Below, in pieces: positions 23,030 through 36,559 of a DNA stretch of 64,000 nucleotides. Origin of the DNA: Felis catus (lineage: Eukaryota); contig NC_058372.1 in NCBI RefSeq assembly GCF_018350175.1, forward strand, positions 3,844,001-3,908,000. Direction: 5' to 3'. Every line of letters starts with the position of its first letter. Within the stretch, counting starts at the first letter, position 1. The translations under genes and the position numbers were made by a program. Below the pieces are notes generated by a model. The model was given only the letters and a program-made list of their open reading frames with translations, made no database searches and had not been told where the DNA came from.

Positions 23030-26000
23030 CTCTTTTCAAATTTTTATTGAAATTCTACTTAACGTACATTGCAATATAGTTTTCAGGAGTAGAATTCATT
23101 GATTCATTGCTTCCATACAACACCCAGTGCTCATTCCAACAGGTTCCCTCCTTAGTACCCATCACCCATCTAGCCCAGCCCCCACCCTCCTCCTTCCATT
23201 AACCTGTTTGTTTTCTATCTTTGAGTCTCTTATAGTTTGTTTCTCCCTCTGATATGTTCATCTGTTTTGTTTTTAAAATTCCACATATATGAGAAATCAT
23301 ATGGTATTTGTCTCTCCCTGACTTATTTCGGTTAGCTAATCCACTCTAGCTTGTTGCAAAAGGCAAGACTTCTTTCTGATGGCTAAGCAATATTCCTTTG
23401 TATTTATATGCCACATCTTCTTTATCCGTCAGTCAGTGGGCATTTGGGCTCTCTCCATAGTTTGGCTATTGTTGATAATGCTGCTGTAAACACCAGGGTG
23501 CAGGTACCCCTCCCAATCTGTATTTTTGTATCCTTTGGATAAATACCTAGTAAGGCAATTGCTGGATTGTAGGGTAGTTCTATTTTGAACTTGTTGAAGA
23601 ACCTCCATACTGTTCTCCAGAGCAGCTGCACCAGTTTGCATTCCCACCACCAGTACAAAAGTNNNNNNNNNNNNNNNNNNNNNNNNNNNNNNNNNNNNNN
23701 NNNNNNNNNNNNNNNNNNNNNNNNNNNNNNNNNNNNNNNNNNNNNNNNNNNNNNNNNNNNNNNNNNNNNNNNNNNNNNNNNNNNNNNNNNNNNNNNNNNN
23801 NNNNNNNNNNNNNNNNNNNNNNNNNNNNNNNNNNNNNNNNNNNNNNNNNNNNNNNNNNNNNNNTCTTCACTGGATTATTTGTTTTTTGGGTGCTGAGTCT
23901 GCTACGTCCTTTATAGATTTTGGATACTAACCCTTTATCAGATATGTCATCTGTAAATATCTTTGTCCCATTCTGTAGGCTGCCTTTTAGTTTTGTTGAT
24001 TGTTTCCTTTGCTGTGCAGAAGCTTTTTATCTTTTTTTTTTTTTTTTTTTAAGTTTATTTGAGAGCAAGCACAAGCACAAGTGGGGCAAGCGCAGAGAGA
24101 GACAGGGAGAGAGAGAATCCCAAGCTGGTTCCACACGGTCAGCAGAGAGCCCGACGCAGGGTTCAAACCCACGAACTGTGAGATCATGACCTGAGCCGAA
24201 ATCCAGAGCGGATGCCTAACCAACTTGGGCCACCCAGGCGCCCCTGGAAGCTTTTTTAACTTGATGTTGCCCTTGCCTCTGGCGATGTGTACAATCCCTC
24301 CAGCCAAGGTCAAAGAGGTTGCTGCCTTATTCTCCTCGAGGAGTTTGATGGCTTCCTGTCTTACATTTAGATCTTTTGAATATATTTTGTGTGTGGTGTA
24401 AGAAAGTGGTCTAGTTTCAGTCTTCTGCATGTTTTGCTGTTCAGTTTTCCCACTACCATTTGTTGAAGAGACTTTTTTTCTGATGGATCTTCTTTCCTGC
24501 TTTGGCGAAGGGGACTTGGCCATATCGTTGTGGGTCCGTTTCTGGGCTTCGTATTCTGTTCCATTGATCCATGTGTCTGTTTCTGTGCCAGCACCATACT
24601 GTCTGGATGACTGTAGCTTTATAATCGAGCTTGAAATCCGGAATCCTGATGCCTCCAATTTTTTTTTTTTTTCAGGATTGCTTTGGCTATTTGAGATCTT
24701 TTGGGATTCCATACAAATTTTAGGATTATTTGTTATAGCTCTGNNNNNNNNNNNNNNNNNNNNNNNNNNNNNNNNNNNNNNNNNNNNNNNNNNNNNNNNN
24801 NNNNNNNNNNNNNNNNNNNNNNNNNNNNNNNNNNNNNNNNNNNNNNNNNNNNNNNNNNNNNNNNNNNNNNNNNNNNNNNNNNNNNNNNNNNNNNNNNNNN
24901 NNNNNNNNNNNNNNNNNNNNNNNNNNNNNNNNNNNNNNAGGTTTATTCTTAGGTATCTGGTTGTGTTGGGGGCAATTGCAAATGAGATCAACTTCTTGAT
25001 TTCTTTTTCTGCTGCTGTGTTATTGGTGTATAGAAATGCAACCGATTTCTGTATGTTGATTTTATATCCTGCAACTTTGCTGAATTCATGTATTAGTTCT
25101 AGCAATTTTGGGGTAGAGTCTTTCAGGTGTTCTACATAGAATACCACGTCATCTGCAAATTGTGAAGGTTTGACTTCTTCCTCGCTGATTTGGATGTGTT
25201 TTATTTCTTCTTGTCCAGTTTCTGAGGCTAAGACTTCCAGTACAATGTTAAATAGTAATGGTGAGAGTGGACATCCTTGTCTTGTTCCTAATTGTAGGGT
25301 AAAGACTCTTAGTTTTTCCCCACTGAGGATGATATCATCTGTGGGTCTTTCCTATATGGCTTTCGATGATGTTGAGGAATGTTCTCTCTGTCCCTGCTTT
25401 GTTGAGGGTTTTTATTAAGAATGGATGCTGTATTTTGTCAAATGCTTTCAATGCATCTATTAACAAGACCTTATGGTTCTTATCCTTTCTTTTGTTAATT
25501 TGGTGTATCACGTTGATTGATTAGCAAATATTGAAGCAGCCTGGTAAGCCCCGGAATAAATCCCAGTTGATCATGATGAATAATTCTTTCAATGTACTGT
25601 TGGATTCAATTTGCTCGTATCTTGGTGAGAATTTTTGCATCCATGATATTGGCCTGTAATCTGTAGCAGGGTTTTTGTCTGATTTGGGAATCAAGGTAAT
25701 GCTGGCTTCGTAAAATGAGTTTGGAACTTTTCCTTCCATTTCTATTTTTTGGAACAATTTGAGAAGAGGTATTAACTCTTCTTTAAATGTCTGATACAAA
25801 TCCCCTGGGAAGCCATCTGGCCCAGGATTCTCATTTGTTGGGAGATTTTTGATTACTGGTTCAATTTCTTTCCTGGTTATGGGTCTGTTCAAATTTTCTA
25901 TTTCTTCCTGTTTCACTTTTAGTAGTTTGTGAGTTTCTAGGAATTTGTTCATTTCTTCCATGGCCCAGTTTGTTGGCATATAATTTTTCATAATATTCTC

Positions 26001-26150
26001 TTATAATTGTTTGTATTTCTCAGGTGTTGGTTGTGATCTCTCCCCTTTCCTTTGTGGTTTTATTTGGGTCCCTTTCTCTTTTCTTTTTGATAAATCTCAC
26101 TGGGGGTTATCCATTTTATGAATTATTTCGAAGAACCAGCTCTTAGTTGT
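23030..26150 (-). mobile_element. 5'-truncated LINE-1 (carnivore type), decayed ORF2 and 3'UTR
   Basis: ORF2 peptides EIENLNRPIT..GPDGF (25.5-26.0 kb), [22 protein letters not shown] (25.1 kb), WECKLVQLLW..PYNPAIALLGIYPK (23.6 kb); frameshifts; SINE inside. Confidence 0.95.
24032..24244 (-). mobile_element. Can-SINE inserted in L1
   Basis: Reverse head ccacccaggcgcccc; TSD gaagcttttt. Confidence 0.95.
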
Positions 26151-26339
26151 GAGTTTAGTCAGAAATTCTGAGTCCATGAGATTACTTAACAAGCGACGTT
26201 CAAATGCCGCTGCCCAAGTGATGGACTGGGCGGAGGCCTGAGTTCTGAGCCCCTTGGCAAGTACCATGGAGAGGGCTGGTGGCTCTGAGGAGAGTGGTTT
26301 GGGGCAGGACGGAGTCGAGTTAAGGTGGAACTCTAAATC

Positions 26340-26455
26340 GGGGCATTACTGGTATATGGATGGCCTTTAAAGCCATGAACCTGGGTGAGGTCACCAAGGG
26401 GATGATTGAGGTAGAGGAGAGTATAAAGGGGGAAATACTGGGTCCTGAGGCAATC
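26340..26455 (-). mobile_element. LINE-2 fragment
   Basis: tttaaagccatgaacctgggtgaggtcaccaagggat is the reverse of the L2 RT region. Confidence 0.65.
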
Positions 26456-27276
26456 AACCCATACTTCTGCAGTCATATACTGCTCTTTCCACACCTGCAG
26501 GTAGGTTCTTCAGTAGACATCCCAGAGGGGCCCAGGGACGGGGACGCGTGCGGAAGCCTCGGCCATGGCAGGCAGGACCCAGGAAGGGTCAGCTGGAGTT
26601 CGGGGTCCCACTGGGCCCCTGCTGTCACTGCCGCTCCCGCTAAACTCAGGTTTGGTCCTCAGCTCCCTCCACCTCCTGCATCACTGGCCGGCTCCCTCGG
26701 GATCCACCAGGGGGACAAAGGCTTCCTTCTCCCCAGAACCCATGTGACCTGAAAACCGCCTCCAGCATGGGCCCGGGAGGAGAGCTGGATTCACACTGCA
26801 GGTCCCCTTGGCTGGCCTGGGGTCCTCCTCCGGGTCCTCCTCCAGGAAAGAGCTGCAGTGCGAAGGCCGAGCCGCCAGAGGGCGGCTGCGTCGGGAATCG
26901 GATGCCCCGAAGGAGAACCTGCCCTCTGGGTACCAGGATGGGGGGGGGGGGGGAGGGACAGAACCGGCGCAGGCAGGGAGCGAGCTTCCGGGAGGTGGGG
27001 GTTCTGACACCTGTTCCAGCGCTTCCTGGCCATCATCGGTCGTTGACAATCTGCTTAAGGTCCCAGAGGTTTGGGTTTCTTGGCCACAACCTGGGAGTCA
27101 AGAGCGTCCCCACGTCCCAGGAGTAGGCCGTTCACACGGAGTGGGAAGACGGCTCTGGGCAGAGAGGTACTTACGGACGGTGGGCGGGGACCAGCTCACC
27201 AGAGCCTGTGGCCAAGCTTGCGGGCCTTTTGTGAGCTGGCTGTTGGAATGCATTGATTATTAAAAATTAAATTCTA

Positions 27277-27431
27277 GGAGCCCCTAGGTGGCTCAGTCGG
27301 TTAAGCATCCGACTTCGACTCAGGTCATGATCTTGCCGTTCGTGGGTTCGAGCCCTGCGTCAGGCTCTGTGCTGACAGCTCTGAGCCTGCTTCGGATTCT
27401 GTCTCCCTCTCTCTCTGCCCTCATGTCTCCC
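27277..27431 (+). mobile_element. Can-SINE, 3'-truncated
   Basis: gtggctcagtcggttaagcatccgacttcg...ctctgccc. Confidence 0.9.
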
Positions 27432-27519
27432 GATGACTCTTCTACTTACGCCCCCCCCCCCCCCCGGGGTTGCTCACCTGTCCCGCGTCGGTGTGGTGGT
27501 AACACACGTTGTGCTGCGA

Positions 27520-27640
27520 CACACCCCCTCCCAACTCCACACTTGGGCACCACGCAGTCTGAAATCAACCACAGTGGGGGTCGTTTGACCACAGAAGTGG
27601 GCAAGCACTACAAATGGAAGGGACGATTTTGTTTTTGAGT
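27520..27640 (+). mobile_element. MER63-like hAT fragment
   Basis: tgaaatcaaccacagtgggggtcgtttgaccacagaagtgggcaagcactacaaat. Confidence 0.5.
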
Positions 27641-29525
27641 GTGTGTTCTTATTGTTTCCTGAGAGCTATTAAACATTTATCCACATGCCTTTACTTTCAC
27701 AGGAAGGTCTCCATAAACCCCTCCTTCCGGGCTTCCTCTCGCTCAGGTCGGGGCAGAAAGGCTCCGGGCAGGCGCGTGGGTTCGGTCATTCCCTCCGTGT
27801 TCAGACCTCCACACTGAACTTCCCTGGGTCAAAACAGTGTGGCAACAGACTCCCAGAGTGGGACTCCCTAATGAGGACAACTGTCACTGAAACATCGCGG
27901 GGCTTCCGTTTGATTCATAAGAAAATTTCTTTTATCGTTTATTGTGATTTGTAGTTTGATAAGGTTTGTCACTTGGTTAGTCTACCTAACTTCAGATCCA
28001 TAGTGGCTTTGATGTTGTCATTCACCAGCTTCTACAAAGGTGGGGGGGGGGGGGCTGGGATCCTATGAGCAAAGGTTCAAAAAACAGGTGGGCAGGGGGT
28101 TGGGGGAAGGGGAGGGTACAGAAACATCAGTGCCCTCTCGTCCCCACACGCCTGGAAATGTGAGTACAAGTTGCAGTTCTGGAAGATAATAGGGCCGATT
28201 TACACAGGAACCTGAGGGAGCCCCAAAGCCCCCTGGGAAAAGGAAATATCCACCACCTAGAGGGTTAAGAGCTTGAGACAAAAGCACGGGAGGTAGGTAG
28301 TCCAACTAAATCACAACTCACTTTTCAACTATCCACAAAATGTTGTCCATGAACTGCCAGTGTCCTCGCGGATGATTCCAATCCGGGCCTTGGTATCATC
28401 ATAAAATAGAACTGTCTTGAATTTTTAAGTCCAAGGAAGAAATCGAGGGGACAACAGTCCCGCAGCTGGAGACCCCACTGCCTCATTAGAGAGACCGCTC
28501 CCAGGGAGGGGTGTTGGTCTCCCTGGGGTCTCAGGGCTCCTTCCGCCCCGCCTGACAGTCCAAGAGGCAGGGAAGCTGGCCAATATATTCCTCAAAAGGG
28601 AGCCATCCTGGAATGTTCACCGCGTTTCAAAAGTATTGCTTATCAGTAATCAAACCTGTCGATGGGCTTGCCTGGTGGTCCACGTGGTCCACGCCACGGA
28701 GCCGTGGCGGAGCCGGGTGGCCCTGCCTCCAGGCGGGGGGCTTGGTGTTGCCTTTAGGACTGACGGTGGACTCGTAATGCGAGTAGAGGGGGCCTGCCCG
28801 AGGGAAAGAGCCCCCCCCCCCCCCCCCCCCCAGTTCGCGGAGCTCCTCTGTCCGCGGCACGGGGCACAATAAAACCCGTTCGTTCGCATATATTCAGTAC
28901 ATGCTGCTCCATCGCCGTCCTCTGAGCTTCCAGAAGTTTCCCTCCACGTCGGCACCCCCCTCTCCAGCCCACCTTCGTCGGCCACCCCACATCTCCACCG
29001 ATGTATCAGAGGCCTTCCCCACCGCACCCAGCATGGCCAAAACCCTGCTCCGGGACGCACACGGGGCGCCTTTTCAAAAGGTAAAACTCAGAATGAGGTC
29101 TGCAGCCAAAGGGAGCCTCCGAGAGACAGTAAGCCGATTCTTCGAGACCGCAAGCGAAACGGGTGTGACACGAGGACGTCAAGGGGCAGGGCTTCAAGAC
29201 CGCCAAGCGCGGGCATCCTACTCCCTGGCACAAGGAGGGGAGGGAGGCTGGAACGGGGGTTTTCTGTGTGTTCCCAGCGTCGTCCACCAGAGGGCGGCCG
29301 CGGGCTGCCGGAGGGCCGCCCACGGAGCCGACCAGATGGGGCGGGCCCTCGGGACCCTGTGTTTCTTCCCAAGTGCCCAGGGAGGCCCGCTTACAAAATG
29401 AAGACCTGTATTTACTTTTCTGCATTAAATCCCAACTTTTAAATTTTGTTAACTAAATCTGTGAGTATATTTTCCATCATTTGTCACAGGACATACTCAG
29501 ATTTGTTTCTTGCTTGTCTCAAACA

Positions 29526-29557
29526 TTTTTTATTAGAGAGTGAGCAGGGTAGGGGCA

Positions 29558-29605
<48 letters not shown>

Positions 29606-29727
29606 CTCAAACCAACTCTAGGCTCAGCGAGGAGCTCGATGTGGGGCTCAGTCCCATGACCCCAGGATCGTGACCTGGGCCAAAATCAGGAGTTAGACGC
29701 TCTTGGACTGAGCCACCCAGGCACCCC
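29526..29727 (-). mobile_element. Can-SINE with (GA)n
   Basis: Reverse head; TSD aaacattttt(t)attaga. Confidence 0.95.
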
Positions 29728-31042
29728 AAACATTTTTATTAGATTACGGTCTGTTTTATAACAACCACTGATTCTTCTGCGCAATTCCTCAAAGCTGCTG
29801 GTCTGATTAAACTTATGGAGTCACTCACCTGCTTTATAAGAAGGAAATACTGAATATTTTGGCTGCCCTAAAACATGTATGTGTTTTATGTATGTAAACA
29901 AATGTGATTTTACAATTAGCATATTCCTGATAATGGCTCTTAGAATTGGTTTCTTAAAATATGTATGGTTTATGGACATTTATAAAGCTTTCATTGTATT
30001 ACTGTATGATTCTATCAGAATTTCTTATTTATGAAGCCATTAGCTACATATGACTTAGATTAGCATATAACTTTAAAATGGTTATTAGTAGAAATAAAAT
30101 GTTCTCCTCAAGCTTTTTTAATTTCTTATGTATTATATGAGTATAAAAAACAAAATAGCAGAGAAGCCCCCTTTTTTTTTTTACCAAAATGCATGTTTTT
30201 ACTTTACTAGTAAAATTTAATCAGCAGATTTCTGTGTTGGCCAGATTTGCTAGGCTAAATATTAAAAGTTCCCAAGCAAATGCATTTTTCTCTCATACTT
30301 TTCTGTTATCCGAAGAAAACATAAGGGCCTCCTATGTTATAAATGTAATTTTCGCTCATGTTTTCAAATATGGTTTCGACTGAGTTGGAGGTTTGTGAGA
30401 TAGTTTGGATTATTACAGAATTCACACAGGCGACAGCTAGTCCGACAGCTCACACATTATCAGCTGAGCTCAGTTTAGGTTTCTGTCTTCCAGCTCCTAA
30501 AACAAACAAAACCCTCCCACTGGTGAAGACAAAACTCTCACCAGCTTGTCTCCCGCATTTCGGCAGGATAGAACGGTAAATCAATCGGATTCCATGCTGG
30601 TGCAGTTCCTACGGATGGCTCTGTCTTCTCCACAAATAGGGCCAAGGTCCTGGGGTAGACTAGCGCCTGATCAGTGGCAAACAGGAGCGGAGGAGTGTGT
30701 GACGGCGACGGGGTTGGTGCCAACTACGAACCCAGCCACAATCCCAGGAGAGACCTCCTCAAGACGCAACACTGCCAGAGAGTTCCAAGTGGGTCAAGGC
30801 TGGGCCACGGCCAGGCAAGAGGGCGTTTCCTTCCCGCACCCCGGCCCCCCAACAGGCGCCTTGGGCGTGTGCATGGTAAAGGGGGTGATCTTCAGCACCC
30901 GGGGCCTCAGGGGAGGAGGCACCAGGCAGACTATGGGGAGGACTGTCAGAAGGTGACATTATGGACGGTGACCAGAAAGGAGCAAGGTAAGGATGCAAAG
31001 CGTTAGCCGACTGTCTGGTCCAGGTAAAAGAGGAAAGAGACT

Positions 31043-31270
31043 GGGGCGTCTGGGTGGCTCGGTCGGTGAAGCGTCCGACTTCGGCTCAGGTCATGACCTT
31101 GCGGTCTGTGAGTTGGAGCCCCTCGTGGGGCTCTGTGCTGACAGCTCAGAGCCTGGAGCCTGCTTCGGATTCTGTGTCTCCCTCTCTCTCTGCCCCTCCC
31201 CTCCCCTGCTGGTGCTCTGTCTCTCTCTCTCTCTCAAAAATAAATACACATTAAAAAACATTTTTTTAAA
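31043..31270 (+). mobile_element. Can-SINE
   Basis: Full element; TSD aaaagaggaaagaga. Confidence 0.97.
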
Positions 31271-32298
31271 AAGAGGAAAGAGATTGCAGGAAACATGCAA
31301 TGGTCTCGGACTCAGATGCTCTGCTGTCACTCTGTACACCCATCTCCCCGTCCTGCCATGTCACCGAGGCCAGCATTTACCCCTGGATGGGGGAGGTGTT
31401 GGGTAAGTGAGACAGTAATGAACCAACGCAGAACCTTCAGCAAAGAACTGGGTCAGTCAAATGATTCTGATGATTATGAATCACGTGAATGAAAGAAAAG
31501 TGGAATAACGGAGGTCATTTTTGTTACTACTTTTTAGATCAACTTCATTGCAGTCCCTTGCATACAGTACACAGAATTTAAATGTTCAGCTTGATGAGTT
31601 TTGGCAAATGTATGTTCCCTTGTTTCCCTAACCAAGATACAGAATATTTCTGTCACTCCAGAAAGTTCCCTTATGCTCCTCTGACATCAATTCAGTAAGA
31701 CCTAAATAAATGGGAGAAACTTCAATTCTCTCCAAACTGATATAATAGCTTTAATACAATCCCAATAAAAAATACAGCTGGCGCTTTTGGGGGGGTGGGG
31801 AGAAACTGGCAATCTGATTCTAAATTCACACGGAAATGCCAAGGGCCAGGGACAGCCAAATCGATCTTTAAAAAAAAAAGAAGAAGAAAAGTCTAAGGAC
31901 TTACTACTCTCTAATTTTAAGATTTCATTAAAAAGCTGTAGTAGTCAAGACAGTATGTCAATATGTCCTTGTAGAAGGATAGACAGAAAGACCAATGGAA
32001 CGGAACAGAGTACCGGCAAATAGTTCCAAACATCTACAGTCAACTGATTTTGACAAAGGGCCAAGGCTAGTCAATAGCGGAAGAACAATCTTTTCAACAA
32101 ATGGTTCTCAAACCACTAGATATCCCTGAAGGGGAGAAAAACTCTTAACTCTTACACTTCAAATGGATCACAGACTTAATGTAAAAATAAAAATTACATA
32201 ACTTCTAAAAGAAAACATAGAAGAAAATCTTCAATACTTCAGGATAGGCAAAGATTTCTTAAAAATACAAAAGAAAAACAAAAAAAAAAACAAAAACA

Positions 32299-32485
32299 GG
32301 GCGCCTGGGGAGCTCAGTCGGTTAAGTGTCCAACTCCTGATTTTGGCTCAGGTCACTCACGATCTCATGGTTTGTGAGCTCGCGTCGGGCTCCAGGGTGA
32401 CAGTGCAGAGCCTGCTTAAAATTCTCTCTCTCCCTCTCTCTCTCTGCCCCACCACCCACCAAAATAAAATAAATAAACTTAAAAA
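32299..32485 (+). mobile_element. Can-SINE
   Basis: gggcgcctggggagctcagtcggttaag head and A-rich tail. Confidence 0.93.
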
Positions 32486-32681
32486 GTACAAAAACCCCGT
32501 GAACCATTAATGATAAAATGACTTTACCTCATTAAAAGTAAAAATCTCTGCCCTTCAAAAAACAGTTAAGACAATGAAAAGAGAGACCACAGACTGAAAG
32601 AAAATATTTATAATACATCTGTCTGGCAGAGGACTTGTACCCAGAAAATAGAAAGAAACTTACCATTCAGGAAGACAAAAT

Positions 32682-32715
<34 letters not shown>

Positions 32716-32898
32716 AAAGAAAAAAGAAAAGAAAAAGAAAAAGCAAAGTAAGTTTTCAAGAGATGTAGCACATAGTACTTTTCATAGTGCATGAAAAGAT
32801 TCTAAACATTATTAGTTATTACAGAAATACAAGGTCAAAATCACAATGAGACACCACTTGACACCTGACAGAATGCCCCAAATTAAAAACGCTGATCT

Positions 32899-33128
32899 GG
32901 GGCGCCTGGGTGGCGCAGTCGGTTAAGCGTTAAGCGTCCGACTTCAGCCAGGTCACGATCTCGCGGTCCGTGAGTTCGAGCCCCGCGTCGGGCTCTGGGC
33001 TGATGGCTCAGAGCCTGGAGCCTGTTTCCGATTCTGTGTCTCCCTCTCTCTCTGCCCCTCCCCCGTTCATGCTCTGTCTCTCTCTGTCCCAAAAATAAAT
33101 AAATGTTGAAAAAAAATTTTTTTAAAAA
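32899..33128 (+). mobile_element. Can-SINE (young-looking)
   Basis: Full element; TSD aaaaacgctgatctgg; 7-nt duplication gttaagc. Confidence 0.97.
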
Positions 33129-34499
33129 CGCTGATCTGGTGTGAGCAAGGGTATGCAGGAACCAGTACCCCCACACATTGTGGAACAAAGGGGACGATGG
33201 CACGGCCGCTCTGGAAAGACAGTATGGCTGTTCTTATACAGTTAAACACCTTCTACAGCCCAGCGATTCCATCCAAGAGAAATGAAAACATGTCCACACC
33301 ATGACTTGTAGACAAACATCTCGTTTTTTTTCACAATTTCATAGATTACAAACAACCCAAACGCCCATCAACAGGTGACTAGATAAATTAATGTCATGTA
33401 TCCATATAAGGACACACGGTAATAAAAGGGGACAAGCCGGGACGTGTGCAATGACATGGATGAATCTCAAAAACAGATGGAGAAAAATAAGGCAGATACA
33501 AGAATACACGATGTAAATTCCATTCATATGAAATCTTCGGAATGGAAAAACCAAGCTATTAACAGAAAGCAGATCAGTGGTTGGCTGGGGGACGGGGGAC
33601 TGTGTACAAAGGGGCACATGGAAACTGTCTGGTTGATGGAAATATTCTGTATCTTGATTATGACGGTAACTACACGGGTGTATAAATTTTAGTATATCAT
33701 ATAATTAATACAGGTGCATTTTGTTGTGTATCAATGATTCCTCAATAAAGTTGATTTTTTATTAAGTAGATTCTTGGCTGGAATGGGGTGGGTGACAATT
33801 ACCAGGATAATTAAGCACAGGAAACACTGAAAATACTATAATCAACTCATAAATACATATACATGGAGATTAAAGAGGAGAAATAATGGCACGATGAATT
33901 AAAATAAAAAAAAAACCTCTAACTTTTATTTTAGCCTATAGTTTTAAAGTTGCCCTTCCTGACAGAGGCCGCTCAGTCCTTCCATATTTCATCATTCTGG
34001 TTTTTTTCAAAAGGGCCTGGTTTATCTATCACCTAAAAGCGATCAGATAAACTCACTCATATGGGGGTGTAAACATATTATATGTTAAGCTTTAGTGACG
34101 CTTTAATTTCTAAAGAAGATACTTAACGTTTAAACAAATAAAACTAAAAACGGCAACCCTTCATGATGAGATTCCACCTCCGAGACCACGTGGATGTGAA
34201 GATCCGGAGAACAGGATTGTCCCCGATTCACTCCCTCACTCTCCCCACCAAGCACACACGTACGGGGCTTTTATACAGATTAAGGCTCCTGCTAAGTCGC
34301 TGAACAACTGGGGTGGAAGGATTACACTAGCTGAATCCTGGGTGAGGTCACAGTGAGAAGTCCAATCTCTAACCATGCCACATCAGCCTTCCCTGCTGAT
34401 GGTGTGTTTATGAGGCCCCGACCTTCGGGGAGGGGGAGGAGGTGTCTTTTGTTGGCAGGACTATTTACTTTCCCCAACGGAGGAGAGAGCTCTGATTCA

Positions 34500-36300
34500 G
34501 AAATACACAAGGAAATCAGTACAATAAAAGAAAAGCCCAGAAACGGTGCCACGCACAGCACACAGTAGAAGTAATACTAAAAGTTGGTGGAGAGAGACTG
34601 AGAACTCAGGCTGAGTAATTGCCTTTCATATAGAACCAAAAGAGAATTACAGTTCTACTCCTCACAAAAAGTTCCAGATCCAATAAAGATACAGATTAGA
34701 AAAGAAAATCTTTGAAATTTTTAGTAGAAAATAAGAATACTTATGACCGCAGGGGAAGGGCAGAGTTTCTTAAATCAGACACAAAACCAAAAAATGATTA
34801 AGGGATATGGTATTCAATTTGAACAATCCAAAATTAACATTTTCTATAGGACAAGATCCATTCTAATCACAATTAAGGGACAAACAATATACTCATAGAA
34901 ACTATTTGTTACCTCACTAAGAATTAGAACCCAAAATTCATAAAAACCTCTTAAAAATTAGCCAGGTAAGAAAAACAACCCAAAAGAATACTGGACAAAG
35001 ATATACCAACAGACAACTGGCAGAAGAGGAAACTACAAAATGACAGGTAATTTGCAAAAAGCAAGTAAATGCAAATTAAAACAACAGTGAGATATCATTT
35101 CACACCCTCAAAGGCAGGAATGTGGGGAAAAAAGGCATGGCAACTTGGCAGTCCGGAGTCCAGTTGAAAGTGTGCATCCCCTAACACCCAACAATTTTCC
35201 TTCTTGGTATACGCCCTGGAAAAATTCTTGTACATATGCACAGAGATGTGTACTAGAATGTAAGCTGTGGCCCCGTTTGCAAAAGACGAAGAAATATAAG
35301 ACACTGGAAGATAAGACCTTGGAGAGAGACGTGGGTGGCTACAGGGGCTGAACATATGAAAAGGAGGCAAAGCATGTCAATGGGGAAAGAACAGATAGTC
35401 TGTAGGTGGTGCTGGGAAAACTCACTGAATGACAAAAATAAACTGGATCCCAACCCTCCATCGCCTACAAAGGTGGGATCCAGTTGAATTAAATTAAATG
35501 CCGAAGAGTGTAGGGTAAACTCTGAGGTTTGAAATAAACAGTAAACAAACAAACACATGAATACTTGAAGGAAATTCCACTGGCATTGATCAGAATTAAA
35601 TTAATACTTTTGATTACGTTAAACTTCAGGCTTCCAGTTCAATTAAGAATCTATGACAAAGTTACCGTGTTTGTGAGAAGATACTTGAAATATCAAAACA
35701 CAAGAAAAGAGTTAACAGCTAAACTATATCAACATCTGAGAAATCAACAAAAACATGTAACTGACTCAACAGAGAAATCGACAAACGGTATCATCTGGTA
35801 GAATACAGATGAAAAAACGGAAATGCTAACAATCATTTAGAGATTTACAACTCCTCAAAATGGACAGGTAACACAATGAGGTGTCATTTTACTCCCTATT
35901 TGGCACAAATTATAAAGCTAGATAGAAGCAAGCGCTGATGGCTTCAGGGGACGTAAGAACTCTCCCGCTGGTGCAGGACTCTAGATGCTGAAGCCACCAG
36001 GAAGAGTATCTGGCAGCACTTAAGAACTTGGAATTTGAGAGTCTGTCACTGGGAGGGTGAAGAACTATGCACACTGCGGAGAAGTACTCTACAGTGTCAG
36101 GATTTAGGTAGGTTAGACGCAGCAGCACGGAAGCGTCTTAAAAACATCTTAGAAACACCAGGAGATGCCAGCGTCAGAGCCTGCCCGCTCTCCACCAATA
36201 TCCCCACTGGGCAAATAAACAGCCTAAACGTTCAGCTACAGAGAACACAGGAATACATACGATTTATTCTTTCAATACAATGGACTCAACTGCTTGTATC
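34500..36300 (+). mobile_element. Ancient LINE-1 (L1M) fragments
   Basis: A-rich decayed ORF2-like motifs; boundaries loose. Confidence 0.5.
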
Positions 36301-36559
36301 TACATAGATAAACAGAATCAATACCCCGCGGGGGAAAGAGCGAGTGACAGAAGGTTAGATGCACGCGGTGGGCGCAGCAAGACAGCATTTAATGCGGTTT
36401 TGCCTGTCCTTAAAACTTCATTTAAATCATGTCACGCTGCATCTAATATTTCGTAAAGTCCCTTTTCATATTTTTAATAAAAGCCTGTCACCTGTTATTT
36501 CCCTAAACACAATCCGAAGCAAACACAGTCGGATGTTAACTTTTAAAGATCTGGGGGTT

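Larger units (their letters stand above)
31700..33740 (+). mobile_element. Old LINE-1 (L1M) 3' part, interrupted by two SINEs
   Basis: Decayed ORF2 C-terminal and 3'UTR motifs; ends caataaagttg. Confidence 0.75.

Noticed and set aside
23987-25147. 386-aa ORF
   Set aside because: Chimeric read-through of frameshifted L1 ORF2, Ns and a SINE.
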